A stretch of DNA of 64,000 bases, from NCBI GenBank assembly GCA_965197965.1, contig OZ240235.1:996666-1060665 (forward strand), read 5' to 3'. Positions 28,695 to 37,297 of the stretch are shown piece after piece (the first letter of the stretch is position 1; each line of letters starts with the position of its first letter). Under the pieces are notes generated by a model. The model made no database searches, was not told the DNA's origin, and saw only the letters and a program-made list of their open reading frames with translations. The translations under genes were made by a program, and so were the position numbers. Source of the DNA: Dehalococcoidia bacterium. Lineage in GTDB: Bacteria; Chloroflexota; Dehalococcoidia; Lucifugimonadales; QGNO01.

Positions 28695-29075
28695 CTAGCT
28701 CTTAGCTCGGTATATCTCCACTGAGGCGCCCTTGGAAGTAACTCCTGATATGGGAGGCGATAGCTTTGTCACCCGCGTCCAGACTGCCTCTACCGGGAAG
28801 GAGGCAAGGACCCTCATCGCAATCGTTTGCGCTACCGCCTCCAACAGGTTATACGTTTCATCCTGGACAACGGCTTTCACCGTCTGATACAAGTCGGTGT
28901 AGCTGACAGTGTCGTTTAGACTGTCGGAATCGCCGGGCTTGCTGAGGTCAAGGTAGACGCTTAGGTCCACCAGGAACTGCTGGCCCAGGATTCGTTCCTC
29001 CGGTCTCACCCCGTGGAAACCGTAGAAGGAAAGCCCCTCAAGCAGAATGCGGTCTTGCCCTTTACGGTCGGCCAT
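28695..29075 (-). CDS. folB: dihydroneopterin aldolase
   Basis: ILLEGLSFYGFHGVRPEERILGQQFLVDL is the canonical FolB N-terminus. The start is taken at the internal ATG (MADRKG). Confidence 0.85.
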   Translation of the reverse strand: MADRKGQDRILLEGLSFYGFHGVRPEERILGQQFLVDLSVYLDLSKPGDSDSLNDTVSYTDLYQTVKAVVQDETYNLLEAVAQTIAMRVLASFPVEAVWTRVTKLSPPISGVTSKGASVEIYRAKS

Positions 29076-29141
29076 TGCAGGCAGAGTATAACACGTGATG
29101 CGAGCTATAATTGGCTGACACTGCATCTATGAGGTACCAAA

Positions 29142-29897
29142 GTGGCTAGAGAGCTTCGCGTTATTGGAATAGAGGGCTTGCCTGAGATCACGCCCGGGAT
29201 GGAGCTTGCCTCCCTGATAGTGGAGGCGGCCCAGGGTCAGAAAACACCCCTAGAACAGGGCGACGTGCTGGTAATCACACAAAAGGCGGTATCCAAGGCG
29301 GAAGGTATGCTGGTGGACCTGGATACCATTACACCTTCGCACCTTGCCCAACAGTGGGCCGATGAGTACGGCAGGGATGCCCGGCTGATAGAGGTGGCTT
29401 TGATGGAGAGCCGCCGCGTCTCCCGCATGGACAGAGGCGTCCTCATCACGGAGACCGTTCACGGGTTCTACTGCGTGAACGGAGGCGTGGACGCCTCCAA
29501 CATACCCGGGGAAAGCATGGTCGCCTTGCTCCCCAAAGACCCCGATGCCTCGGCGGCGCGGATAGCGGGCGAGGTCAAGGATCTCACCGGCCTTGACGTG
29601 GCGGTTGTGATCACCGACTCCTGGGGCAGGCCCTGGCGGGACGGCATTACCAACATAGCCATTGGGTCGGCGGGCATAGCGCCCCTGCGCGACTACAGAG
29701 GCTCTACAGACCCCTACGGATACGAGCTGCAGGTGACGGCGATCGCTGTGGTAGACGAACTGGCGGCAGCGGCGGAGCTGGTAATGGGGAAGGTGGATAT
29801 GGTGCCAGCCGCGATAGTGCGGGGTTACGAATACGCCGCTTCCACAAGCGGGGTCAAGGATCTGATACGCCCCCCCGACCGGGATATCTTCAGATAG
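29142..29897 (+). CDS. cofE: coenzyme F420-0:L-glutamate ligase
   Basis: GDVLVITQKAVSKAEG, GVDASN and ITDSWGRPWRDG motifs characteristic of CofE/FbiB-N. Confidence 0.85.
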   Translation: MARELRVIGIEGLPEITPGMELASLIVEAAQGQKTPLEQGDVLVITQKAVSKAEGMLVDLDTITPSHLAQQWADEYGRDARLIEVALMESRRVSRMDRGVLITETVHGFYCVNGGVDASNIPGESMVALLPKDPDASAARIAGEVKDLTGLDVAVVITDSWGRPWRDGITNIAIGSAGIAPLRDYRGSTDPYGYELQVTAIAVVDELAAAAELVMGKVDMVPAAIVRGYEYAASTSGVKDLIRPPDRDIFR

Positions 29898-31703
29898 CTA
29901 TCCGGCGTTCATCAGGTGTTTGTCCAGAAAATCGGCGATTGCCGTATAGGCTCTTATGCGGTTGTGCTGCTTTACGATACCGTGCCCTTCATCTTCAAAG
30001 CGCAGGTACTCCACGGAGCCGTTCCTCTCTTGTATAGCCTCCACCATCTGCTCCGTTTCACTGATGGGGACACGCGGGTCGTTGGCGCCGTGAACAACTA
30101 TCAGCGGCACTTTGATTTTGTCCACGTAGTGTATAGGCGAAATACGCTTGAGCAGCTCACTATCTTTCTCAGGATCGCCGTATTCCGCGGCGCGATGCAT
30201 GCGCCTCCAGGGCCCTGTATTGGCCAGGAAGGTCTGGAAATTGGCTATGCCGTATAGCTCGGCGGCGGCTCCCCAAGAATCAGGGTAGGCCGCGATCGCG
30301 GCCAGGGTCATGAAGCCGCCGTAGCTACCGCCCATCACCGCTATGCGCTGAGGCCTGGAGTAGCCTTCGTTGACAAGCCAGCTCGCGGCGTGGTTCAAGT
30401 CGTTCACCGCATCCATCCGCTTCTCGACGTCGTCCAGATGCTCGTAAGTCCTACCGTAGCCCGTGCTGCCCCTGACGTTGGTCACAAGCACGCCGTATCC
30501 CCTGTAAGCCAGATACTGCACTACGGGATTGTAGACGGGTCTTGACTGGCTCTCCGGCCCGCCATGTACAAAGACCACCACCGGTAGGTCTCCATCTTTA
30601 GCGGCAAGGGACGGCAGGTAAAAGAAAGCCGGTATATCACGACCGTCGAAGGTTGGATAGTGGACAAGGGCCGGCTCGGTGAGCGTTTCGGGAGCAATGC
30701 CCGCCCTGGGGCTGTGCGTCAGCCGGCGAGCCGGCGCCGTCTGCCCTTCCACCAACCAGATGTCCGAGTTGACGGTGGCGCCACCGGCCGTAACGGCCAG
30801 GTCTACCCCGTTGGGCGACCACGTCATGTCCAGAATCTGTCCCTTGGGCAGTCCCCTCACCTGCTCCGAACTGCCGTCTTTCAAGGAGAGTACGGTGGCT
30901 TCCGAGTACCCGTCCGCATTGACGGAGAAAGCGATGCGCTCCGTTTTGGGTGAGTAGGCCATGAGCTCTACGTCCCATTCTTCAGAATGGAGATAGGTGA
31001 TCTCTTTTGAATCCAAGTCAATCCGGGCTAAACCCTTCCATTCCCTGTCCTGGTCCGCCAATAGATATATCCCTTTGCCATCGGAGGACCATACCGGCGA
31101 GGAGTACGTACTTTGTCCCTTGCCCGCGGTAACAAGGCGGGGCCTTCCTCTTGCCGTATCCAGGGGCAAGACATAAAGCTCATTGTAGTGGTTGATCACG
31201 GTGCGGTTGATGAGCAGCGAGCTACCGTCCGGCGATATGGCACCCGCCAGGTTGGTGCCGTCGTGCTCCAGAAGCATCTGGACTTCGCCATTGGACATAC
31301 GATTCACGTAGATATCGAAGAAAGCGGAGTGGCGGCGGTTGGAGGCGTAAAAGAACGACGTACCGTCCGGCGCCCACGCTCCCGGCGTATGAATGGCCTG
31401 GGGATTGGCGGTCAGCGCCTTAATGGACTCTCCGTCGCCGGAGAGCAGGTATAGCTGCTGGCGTTCGTCGCCCCCCGAGTCCATGCCAAAGACCGTCTGC
31501 TCTGAGACAGGGGAGTTGAACAGGGTCATCACCCTTTCCGCGTAGACGGTAAGCTGGTCCGGCCAGCCTCCATCAACGTCCACGGCCCAGAGCTGGGGCA
31601 CGCCGGTGATATCCCAGAGAAAAAACACCCGCTGGCCGTCAGCGGAGAAAGCGGGGGACGAAGCACTGCGTACGGTTAGGAACTTTTCGAATTCGTAGGT
31701 CAA
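29898..31703 (-). CDS. S9 family serine peptidase (prolyl oligopeptidase/acylaminoacyl-peptidase type) with N-terminal beta-propeller
   Basis: TTG start 6 nt after GAGGAGG. Propeller repeats (WAPDG, WSSDG, WSPNG). Catalytic GGSYGGFM, and later D and H segments (HGANDPRV, EGHG). Confidence 0.9.
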   Translation of the reverse strand: MTYEFEKFLTVRSASSPAFSADGQRVFFLWDITGVPQLWAVDVDGGWPDQLTVYAERVMTLFNSPVSEQTVFGMDSGGDERQQLYLLSGDGESIKALTANPQAIHTPGAWAPDGTSFFYASNRRHSAFFDIYVNRMSNGEVQMLLEHDGTNLAGAISPDGSSLLINRTVINHYNELYVLPLDTARGRPRLVTAGKGQSTYSSPVWSSDGKGIYLLADQDREWKGLARIDLDSKEITYLHSEEWDVELMAYSPKTERIAFSVNADGYSEATVLSLKDGSSEQVRGLPKGQILDMTWSPNGVDLAVTAGGATVNSDIWLVEGQTAPARRLTHSPRAGIAPETLTEPALVHYPTFDGRDIPAFFYLPSLAAKDGDLPVVVFVHGGPESQSRPVYNPVVQYLAYRGYGVLVTNVRGSTGYGRTYEHLDDVEKRMDAVNDLNHAASWLVNEGYSRPQRIAVMGGSYGGFMTLAAIAAYPDSWGAAAELYGIANFQTFLANTGPWRRMHRAAEYGDPEKDSELLKRISPIHYVDKIKVPLIVVHGANDPRVPISETEQMVEAIQERNGSVEYLRFEDEGHGIVKQHNRIRAYTAIADFLDKHLMNAG

Positions 31704-31779
31704 CTGCGGCCTCCTCAGGAGTCTTGTTGGGTAGAGTATATATCTCTAAGGCAAGAGGCGCAGAGCCGTGTAACAGGAG

Positions 31780-31817
31780 AAAAAAAAGAAGAGGGCCCGG
31801 AAATCCGGGCCCTCTTC
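31780..31817 (-). terminator. Rho-independent terminator (minus strand)
   Basis: Perfect 13-bp stem gaagagggcccgg/ccgggccctcttc (31788-31817) with a 4-nt loop, followed on the minus strand by 8 U (plus-strand A run 31780-31787). Confidence 0.85.
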
Positions 31818-31822
31818 TTACC

Positions 31823-31879
31823 TCAAGCTGGAGTGGTCTCCAGATGGGTTAATGAACAGCTGCATAAGGTACTACTCAT
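31823..31879 (-). CDS. Micro-ORF, 18 aa: MSSTLCSCSLTHLETTPA
   Basis: AAGGAGGTGA lies 5 nt upstream of the ATG (GGAGG core 8 nt upstream). The stop is 5 nt before the terminator stem. An in-frame upstream ATG at 31885 would give 20 aa. Not in the ORF track because it is under 60 aa. Confidence 0.45.
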   Translation of the reverse strand: MSSTLCSCSLTHLETTPA

Positions 31880-31927
31880 CGGCATCACCTCCTTGTGTTT
31901 CAAACCACACCACCAAGACTAGCCCCT

Positions 31928-31956
31928 AGTATAAGGAGATATATTGACCATGTCTA
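31928..31956 (-). promoter_or_regulatory. Sigma70-type promoter candidate for the micro-ORF
   Basis: On the minus strand: TAGACA (31951-31956), a 17-nt spacer, then TATACT (31928-31933), about 45 nt upstream of the micro-ORF ATG. Confidence 0.4.
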
Positions 31957-31988
31957 GGGGGTTCTCCACCTTCTCCTACGGATTGTAA

Positions 31989-33023
31989 TGATTTCAAACA
32001 TGGGTAACACCATGGTAGTCGTGGAAGGATTGGAGCTTCTGTATTGGAGTGCGCCATTGTAGTGCGGAGTGAGGGCGTTGGTTGTTGTAGAAGGCGACCC
32101 AGCGCTTGATGGCGAACTCTCTGGGTGAGGGCTTGCGGAAGGCTCTGGAGTTGAGGCACTCCTCGTCGATGGTGCGGTGTGAGCGTTCGACCTTGCCGTT
32201 CTGCTGTGGCTTCCCCACTGGTATCAGCCTGTGGCGGATGCCCAGTTCGGCGAGGGCTTGCTGGAAGGGGTGGGGCTTCTGCACGTTTGGGAAGAAGACA
32301 TAGGTGAACTCCGTACCATGATCGGTCTGTACCTCCTGGATAGGGAAAGGGAAAGCTCTTGTGACCAAGTGCAGGAACCGGAGGCTGGCCTTGGGGGTGA
32401 GCTCTGAACTGACGTAGAGAACCTGTAGGCGGGTGCAGTCGTCAATGGCGTTGTAGAGGTACTGCTTCAGGGGCTCTGGACGCCCCTTCATGGGCAGCGG
32501 TGGCAGATACTTGACGTCTATCTGGACTCGCTGACCTGGAGCTGCCATGGCGTAGCTCAGTGGCTTTCTACGGGGTCTGGATCGTCGCTTGCGCACCAGG
32601 CTGGCTCGCTGTAGGACCCGGTAGACACCGTAGACGCTGATGGTGATGCCTCCCTGGGCCAAGTAGGATGCGATGCGCCTGGGGCCGTAGCGGGTCTTGC
32701 CTCGCATGGCCACCACGCGCTCTGCGACGCGCTTCGATACCGTCCGAGGGTGCCCGTGGGGGCGGCGGGAGCGGTCCTTAAGGGCATGGAAGTCCTTGTT
32801 GGCCTGCTGGTAGCGGCCATACCACTTGTAGAAGGTCTTGCGGCTGATGCCATAGTGGCGGCAGACCTCGCTCACAGGGCCGCCTCCCTCATGCATCTTG
32901 ATCCAGGCTAACCGTTGTCTGATTACGTACCAACTGCTAGTCTCCATGCGGGTGACCTCCTCTTAGGGCTCTGTTTCGGCTACAGAACATCCTACCTGAG
33001 GGTGTCACCCATGTTTCATAACA
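31989..33023 (-). mobile_element. IS481-family insertion sequence (about 1035 bp)
   Basis: Imperfect ~23-bp terminal inverted repeats: TGATTTCAAACATGGGTAACACC at 31989-32011, and the reverse complement of 33001-33023, TGTTATGAAACATGGGTGACACC. TAA sits on both flanks. A single transposase ORF fills the element. Confidence 0.8.
31994..32947 (-). CDS. IS481-family transposase (HTH plus DDE/rve integrase core)
   Basis: N-terminal HTH (VCRHYGISRKTFYKWYGRY). DDE core segments (VQIDVKYL, VQTDHGTEF, QQNGKVERSHRTIDEE). Confidence 0.9.
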   Translation of the reverse strand: METSSWYVIRQRLAWIKMHEGGGPVSEVCRHYGISRKTFYKWYGRYQQANKDFHALKDRSRRPHGHPRTVSKRVAERVVAMRGKTRYGPRRIASYLAQGGITISVYGVYRVLQRASLVRKRRSRPRRKPLSYAMAAPGQRVQIDVKYLPPLPMKGRPEPLKQYLYNAIDDCTRLQVLYVSSELTPKASLRFLHLVTRAFPFPIQEVQTDHGTEFTYVFFPNVQKPHPFQQALAELGIRHRLIPVGKPQQNGKVERSHRTIDEECLNSRAFRKPSPREFAIKRWVAFYNNQRPHSALQWRTPIQKLQSFHDYHGVTHV

Positions 33024-33047
33024 TAACACCTTCTCCTACGGATTGTA

Positions 33048-33076
33048 TTGCGTCTTGCGGAGAGAGTTGCTATCCT
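33048..33076 (+). promoter_or_regulatory. Promoter candidate for the stand-alone 5S rRNA gene
   Basis: TTGCGT (33048-33053), a 17-nt spacer, then TATCCT (33071-33076). The 5S 5' end lies about 10 nt downstream. Confidence 0.4.
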
Positions 33077-33085
33077 ATTGTCCTG

Positions 33086-33205
33086 CTCTCTGGTGGTTAG
33101 AGCGGGGTGGAACCACCCGTTCCCATCCCGAACACGGAAGTGAAACGCCCCAGCGCTGACGATACTCTGCTTGCAAGGGCACGGGAAAATAAGCCATCGC
33201 CAGAG
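33086..33205 (+). rRNA. rrf: 5S ribosomal RNA
   Basis: CCACCCGUUCCCAUCCCGAACACGGAAGUGAAACGCCCCAGCGCUGACGAUACU aligns with the universally conserved bacterial 5S loop B/C/helix III-IV core. The terminal helix cucuggugg/ccaucgccagag closes the molecule, and a U-run follows at 33212-33218. Confidence 0.85.
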
Positions 33206-33304
33206 GGCTTATTTTTTTGCCCTTCTTTAGACGGCTCACCGCCAACGGTTCCACGCGCCTTCCGCTTTCATGGAGAGCCTACATCTGGTACATTTGATGC
33301 GTCA

Positions 33305-33347
33305 CTGTAAAGGGAATGAGCTTATGCAAAGCTCATTCCCTTTACAG
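33305..33347 (+). other. Perfect 18-bp inverted repeat (hairpin) overlapping the rpsA -35 box
   Basis: ctgtaaagggaatgagct (33305-33322) and agctcattccctttacag (33330-33347) with a 7-nt loop and no mismatches. Confidence 0.9.
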
Positions 33348-33370
33348 CTAAGAAAGCGTCTGGCTATAAT
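33342..33370 (+). promoter_or_regulatory. Promoter candidate for rpsA
   Basis: TTACAG (33342-33347), a 17-nt spacer, then TATAAT (33365-33370). Confidence 0.55.
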
Positions 33371-33408
33371 GTAAGCCTAGACAAGCAACGTTTCTCGTTG
33401 AAAATGGT

Positions 33409-34563
33409 GTGAAATTGTCCTTCTCTGTTGAACAAGCTTCCCAACCCACCCAACCTGATATGGGGCAACTGCTAGAAGAATCTTCCTGGTTCAAAGAGTT
33501 GCGCCGCGGCGACGTGGTCACGGGCGAGGTGATGTATGTCAGTCAGGACGGCCTCCTGATTAACATCGGCCATAAGTCGGAGGGATTCATCCCCGTCCGG
33601 GAGATGAAGACGCTATCGGAGGAGGAAGCCGGCAGCTTCAAGGTTGGCGACGAGGTCTATGCCTACGTCCTGCGCCCCGATAGCGAGGAAGGCCAGGCAA
33701 TCCTGTCCATGGACAGAGCCAGAGGCGAGAGGGGATGGAAGGTGCTGCAAGACCATCTAGACGCCGGCTCCACCATGAAAGGCACAATAAGAGGTTTCAA
33801 CAAGGGAGGCGCTGTTGTGGACGTGGAGGGCGTACAGGGTTTCGTCCCTCTGTCACAGCTTGCGCCTATTAGCAGAGGAACTGACGTAGACCAGGAAGAG
33901 GCTCTGGCAAAACGTGTCGGCGAGACAATAGCCCTACAGCTATTGGAGTTAAACCGCCGGCGCAACCGAGTTGTGCTATCTGAAAAGCAAGCTCTACAGA
34001 TGCAGCGCGACCAGGAGAAAGACCGACTGCTTCAAGAGTTGAAGGAAGGCGAGGTAAGAACGGGCGTAGTCTCCGGGGTATCCGATTTCGGAGCTTTCGT
34101 GGACCTCGGTGGCGCCGATGGCTTGGTGCACATATCGGAGATGTCCTGGGAACAAGTCCAATCGCCTTCGGACATCGTAACAGTAGGTAGCCAGATAGAG
34201 GTCTACGTACTCAAGGTAGACCAGGAGACTAGGAAAATAGCGCTGAGCCTGCGCAGGCTGGTGCCTGAACCATGGCAGACCGTTACACAAAACTATGAGA
34301 CCGGTCAGATTGTGCAGGGAGTGGTCACAAGTTTGACGAACTTTGGCGCATTTGCTCGAATAGAAGGTACTATAGAGGGTCTGATCCATATTTCGGAGCT
34401 ATCTGATCGAATGATAAGGCACCCAAGGGAGGTAATAAACGAGGGTGACGAGGTTACCCTAAAGATAATCAAGATGGAGCCTGAACGGCGCAGACTGGGG
34501 CTCAGCTTGAAGCAGGTGGGAGACGAGTGGGACGGAGTAGAGACCTGGTCTTCCGGTGAATAG
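33409..34563 (+). CDS. rpsA: 30S ribosomal protein S1
   Basis: Four S1/OB repeats (G.VV.G.V..V...G..V..G, FGAFV motifs). The start is either the GTG at 33409 or the ATG at 33460 (MGQLLEES resembles the FAQLFEES start of S1). Confidence 0.9.
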   Translation: MKLSFSVEQASQPTQPDMGQLLEESSWFKELRRGDVVTGEVMYVSQDGLLINIGHKSEGFIPVREMKTLSEEEAGSFKVGDEVYAYVLRPDSEEGQAILSMDRARGERGWKVLQDHLDAGSTMKGTIRGFNKGGAVVDVEGVQGFVPLSQLAPISRGTDVDQEEALAKRVGETIALQLLELNRRRNRVVLSEKQALQMQRDQEKDRLLQELKEGEVRTGVVSGVSDFGAFVDLGGADGLVHISEMSWEQVQSPSDIVTVGSQIEVYVLKVDQETRKIALSLRRLVPEPWQTVTQNYETGQIVQGVVTSLTNFGAFARIEGTIEGLIHISELSDRMIRHPREVINEGDEVTLKIIKMEPERRRLGLSLKQVGDEWDGVETWSSGE

Positions 34564-34602
34564 CGTTATCCGTACTCATATCCCTGCTTATGGAGCTATC
34601 TA

Positions 34603-37080
34603 ATGGCGAGTAGATTCGAAAAATTCTCAGAACGAGCGCGACGAGTCCTCTCACTGGCCCAGGAAGAGGCCCAGCGATTCAATCACAACTACATCGGCAC
34701 CGAGCACATCTTGCTCGGGCTGGTCAGGGAGACCGACGGTGTAGCGGCCCGCGTGCTCTCCAATCTTTCCGTTGAGCTTAGCAAGGTGCGCTCCGCCGTG
34801 GAGTTCATCATTGGCCGCGGCGAGCGTTCCGCCAGTGGAGAGATAGGTCTTACGCCCAGGGCCAAGAAGGTGATAGAGCTTGCAGTGGATGAGGCCCGCA
34901 GACTGAACCATCACTACATAGGCACCGAACATCTACTCATAGGTCTGATGCGTGAGGGAGAGGGCGTGGCTGCCGGAGTATTGGAGAGCCTCGGGGTCAG
35001 CCTGGACAAAGTTCGCGCTGAGACCAGCCGTATACTGAGCCAGAGTGTATCGCAGGGCACACAATCGGGCAGCCGCACAAGCAGCCGCACGCCCACGCTG
35101 GACCAGCTTGGAATAGACCTGACCAACATGGCGCGGCAAGACAAGCTGGACCCCGTGGTGGGTCGTAACAAAGAGATACAGCGCGTGATACAGATCCTGA
35201 GCCGTCGCACGAAGAACAACCCTGTCCTAATTGGAGAACCCGGTGTGGGCAAGACGGCCATAGTGGAAGCCTTAGCACAGCAGATTGTCAAAGGAGATGT
35301 CCCGGAAAGCCTGCAAAGGCGTCGTGTAGTTACCCTGGACATGGGCGTGCTCGTGGCCGGCACCAAGTACCGCGGGGAGTTCGAGGAGCGGCTCAAGAAG
35401 ATCATCGAAGAGATAAAGAGTTCCGCGAACTGCGTCCTTTTTATAGATGAAATGCACACAATGGTGGGGGCAGGCGCCGCTGAAGGAGCCGTCGACGCGG
35501 CCAACATACTGAAGCCGTCACTGGCCAGGGGAGAACTGCAGTGCATCGGCGCTACCACGCTGGACGATTATCGTAAGTACGTGGAACGCGACCCCGCGCT
35601 GGAGAGGCGCTTCCAGCCGGTGAGCGTGGAGGAACCCACTGAAGAAGAAACGATCGAGATCCTCAAAGGTGTGAGGGAGCGGTACGAAAGCCACCACCAC
35701 CTCAGCATAACCGACGATGCCCTGGAGGAAGCCGCTCACCTCTCCGCCCGGTATATTTCAGACCGCTTCCTACCCGACAAGGCGATTGACCTCGTAGACG
35801 AAGCCGCCTCACGCGTTCGCATCAACTTCAGCACCCCGCCGCTCGGCATCAAGGAAATGACCATGATGCTAGAGAGCGTACGCAAGGACAAGGACGAGGC
35901 CCTGGCCAGCCAGCAGTACGAATACGCCGCGGAGCTGCACCAGCGAGAGCAGACGCTTCGCGCCAAGCTGGAGGAGAAGGAAAAGGGCTGGCAGGAAGAG
36001 ACGCAGCAAGAAGGCAACCAGCCAGTGGTTACTGCAGAGGAGGTAGCGGAGGTTGCCAGTATGTGGACGGGCATTCCTGTCACCAGGCTGGCAACGGAAG
36101 AGAGTCAGCGCCTGCTTCAGATGGAAGAGGCGTTGCACAAGAAGGTGGTGGGACAGGACGAGGCCATCGTCTCGGTGGCAAAGGCGGTGCGCAGGGCACG
36201 CGCAGGTATGAAAGACCCCCGCCGGCCCATAGGAGCCTTCCTTTTCCTTGGCCCCACCGGTGTCGGCAAGACCTACCTGGTGAGAGCGCTGGCCGACTTC
36301 ATGTTTGGCGGCGAAGACACTATGATCAGGCTGGATATGTCGGAGTTCATGGAGCGACATAGCGTGGCGCGCCTGCTGGGCGCTCCTCCAGGATACGTAG
36401 GTTACGACGAAGGTGGCCAGTTGACCGAGGCTGTACGCCGAAAGTCTTACTCCGCCATCCTTCTGGACGAAATAGAAAAGGCGCACCCCGATGTGTTCAA
36501 CATCCTGCTTCAACTGTTCGACGACGGCCATCTCACAGATGCCAAGGGCCGGAAGGTGGACTTCCGCAACACCATAGTCGTCATGACCAGCAACATAGGC
36601 TCCGACCTGATAAGGCGTGACAGCCACATGGGGTTCTCCATCAAAAGCGCGGACGAGGAGCAGACCTCCAAGGAAGCCTATATCCGCATGAGGGACAAGG
36701 TCATGGATGAAGTCAAGAAGTTCTTCAGGCCTGAGTTCCTCAACCGGATCGATGCCTCGGTTGTATTCCACGCCCTGGACAAGAACCACATCATCCAGAT
36801 AGTGGAGCTGATGCTCCGCGACGTTGGCAAACAACTTCTGGAGAAGGGTGTCTCTATGGAAGTCAGCCAAGAGACCAAGGAGCTTCTTGCCCAGACGGGC
36901 TTTGACCCCAACTTTGGAGCGCGCCCTCTGCGCCGTAAAATCCAGGACCTAATAGAGGATAGGCTCTCCGAGGAGTACCTGGCCAGCAAATTTGGCCCCG
37001 GCGATACCGTTCACATAGACGTGCTGGACGACGAAATAGTCCTGCGGGTGGACGCTCCCGTGGCGCCCTCGGTGGAATAG
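34603..37080 (+). CDS. clpC: ATP-dependent Clp protease ATP-binding subunit ClpC
   Basis: Duplicated Clp_N repeats, two AAA modules ([16 protein letters not shown]), a UVR-like linker, and 825 aa. Confidence 0.95.
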   Translation: MASRFEKFSERARRVLSLAQEEAQRFNHNYIGTEHILLGLVRETDGVAARVLSNLSVELSKVRSAVEFIIGRGERSASGEIGLTPRAKKVIELAVDEARRLNHHYIGTEHLLIGLMREGEGVAAGVLESLGVSLDKVRAETSRILSQSVSQGTQSGSRTSSRTPTLDQLGIDLTNMARQDKLDPVVGRNKEIQRVIQILSRRTKNNPVLIGEPGVGKTAIVEALAQQIVKGDVPESLQRRRVVTLDMGVLVAGTKYRGEFEERLKKIIEEIKSSANCVLFIDEMHTMVGAGAAEGAVDAANILKPSLARGELQCIGATTLDDYRKYVERDPALERRFQPVSVEEPTEEETIEILKGVRERYESHHHLSITDDALEEAAHLSARYISDRFLPDKAIDLVDEAASRVRINFSTPPLGIKEMTMMLESVRKDKDEALASQQYEYAAELHQREQTLRAKLEEKEKGWQEETQQEGNQPVVTAEEVAEVASMWTGIPVTRLATEESQRLLQMEEALHKKVVGQDEAIVSVAKAVRRARAGMKDPRRPIGAFLFLGPTGVGKTYLVRALADFMFGGEDTMIRLDMSEFMERHSVARLLGAPPGYVGYDEGGQLTEAVRRKSYSAILLDEIEKAHPDVFNILLQLFDDGHLTDAKGRKVDFRNTIVVMTSNIGSDLIRRDSHMGFSIKSADEEQTSKEAYIRMRDKVMDEVKKFFRPEFLNRIDASVVFHALDKNHIIQIVELMLRDVGKQLLEKGVSMEVSQETKELLAQTGFDPNFGARPLRRKIQDLIEDRLSEEYLASKFGPGDTVHIDVLDDEIVLRVDAPVAPSVE

Positions 37081-37297
37081 TCCGCGGCAATTCCCTCTCG
37101 TCACCCTGAACCCAGTTACGAAGAATACCCTACGCTTGCTTCTCACAATCAATGATAAGCCGGGGCAAATAATCGGCTCGACCTAAAGCCGTCGCAACCT
37201 GCCATTACCTATTACGAGAAAGGCCGCGCCCTATGCTACAATGCGCCACTGATAAAGGGGGCGACTGCTGAACAGAAACAAGCCAAGAAAGGTCTTC

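Noticed and set aside
31944-31949. Plus-strand TTGACC considered as a displaced -35 box for the 5S gene, separated from it by the IS.
   Set aside because: No -10-like hexamer lies 16-18 nt downstream on the plus strand. A better promoter (33048-33076) lies between the IS and the 5S gene.
33107-33310. 67-aa plus-strand ORF.
   Set aside because: It starts inside the 5S rRNA gene, and its sequence is explained by the rRNA and its terminator region.
35869-36870. 333-aa minus-strand ORF (similar shadow ORFs lie at 58255-59208, 43397-44038, 61425-62117 and 47544-48236).
   Set aside because: All are antisense to strongly supported genes (clpC, M20 peptidase, rplJ/rplL, the MaoC-like gene and aroG). 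High GC keeps these shadow frames open.
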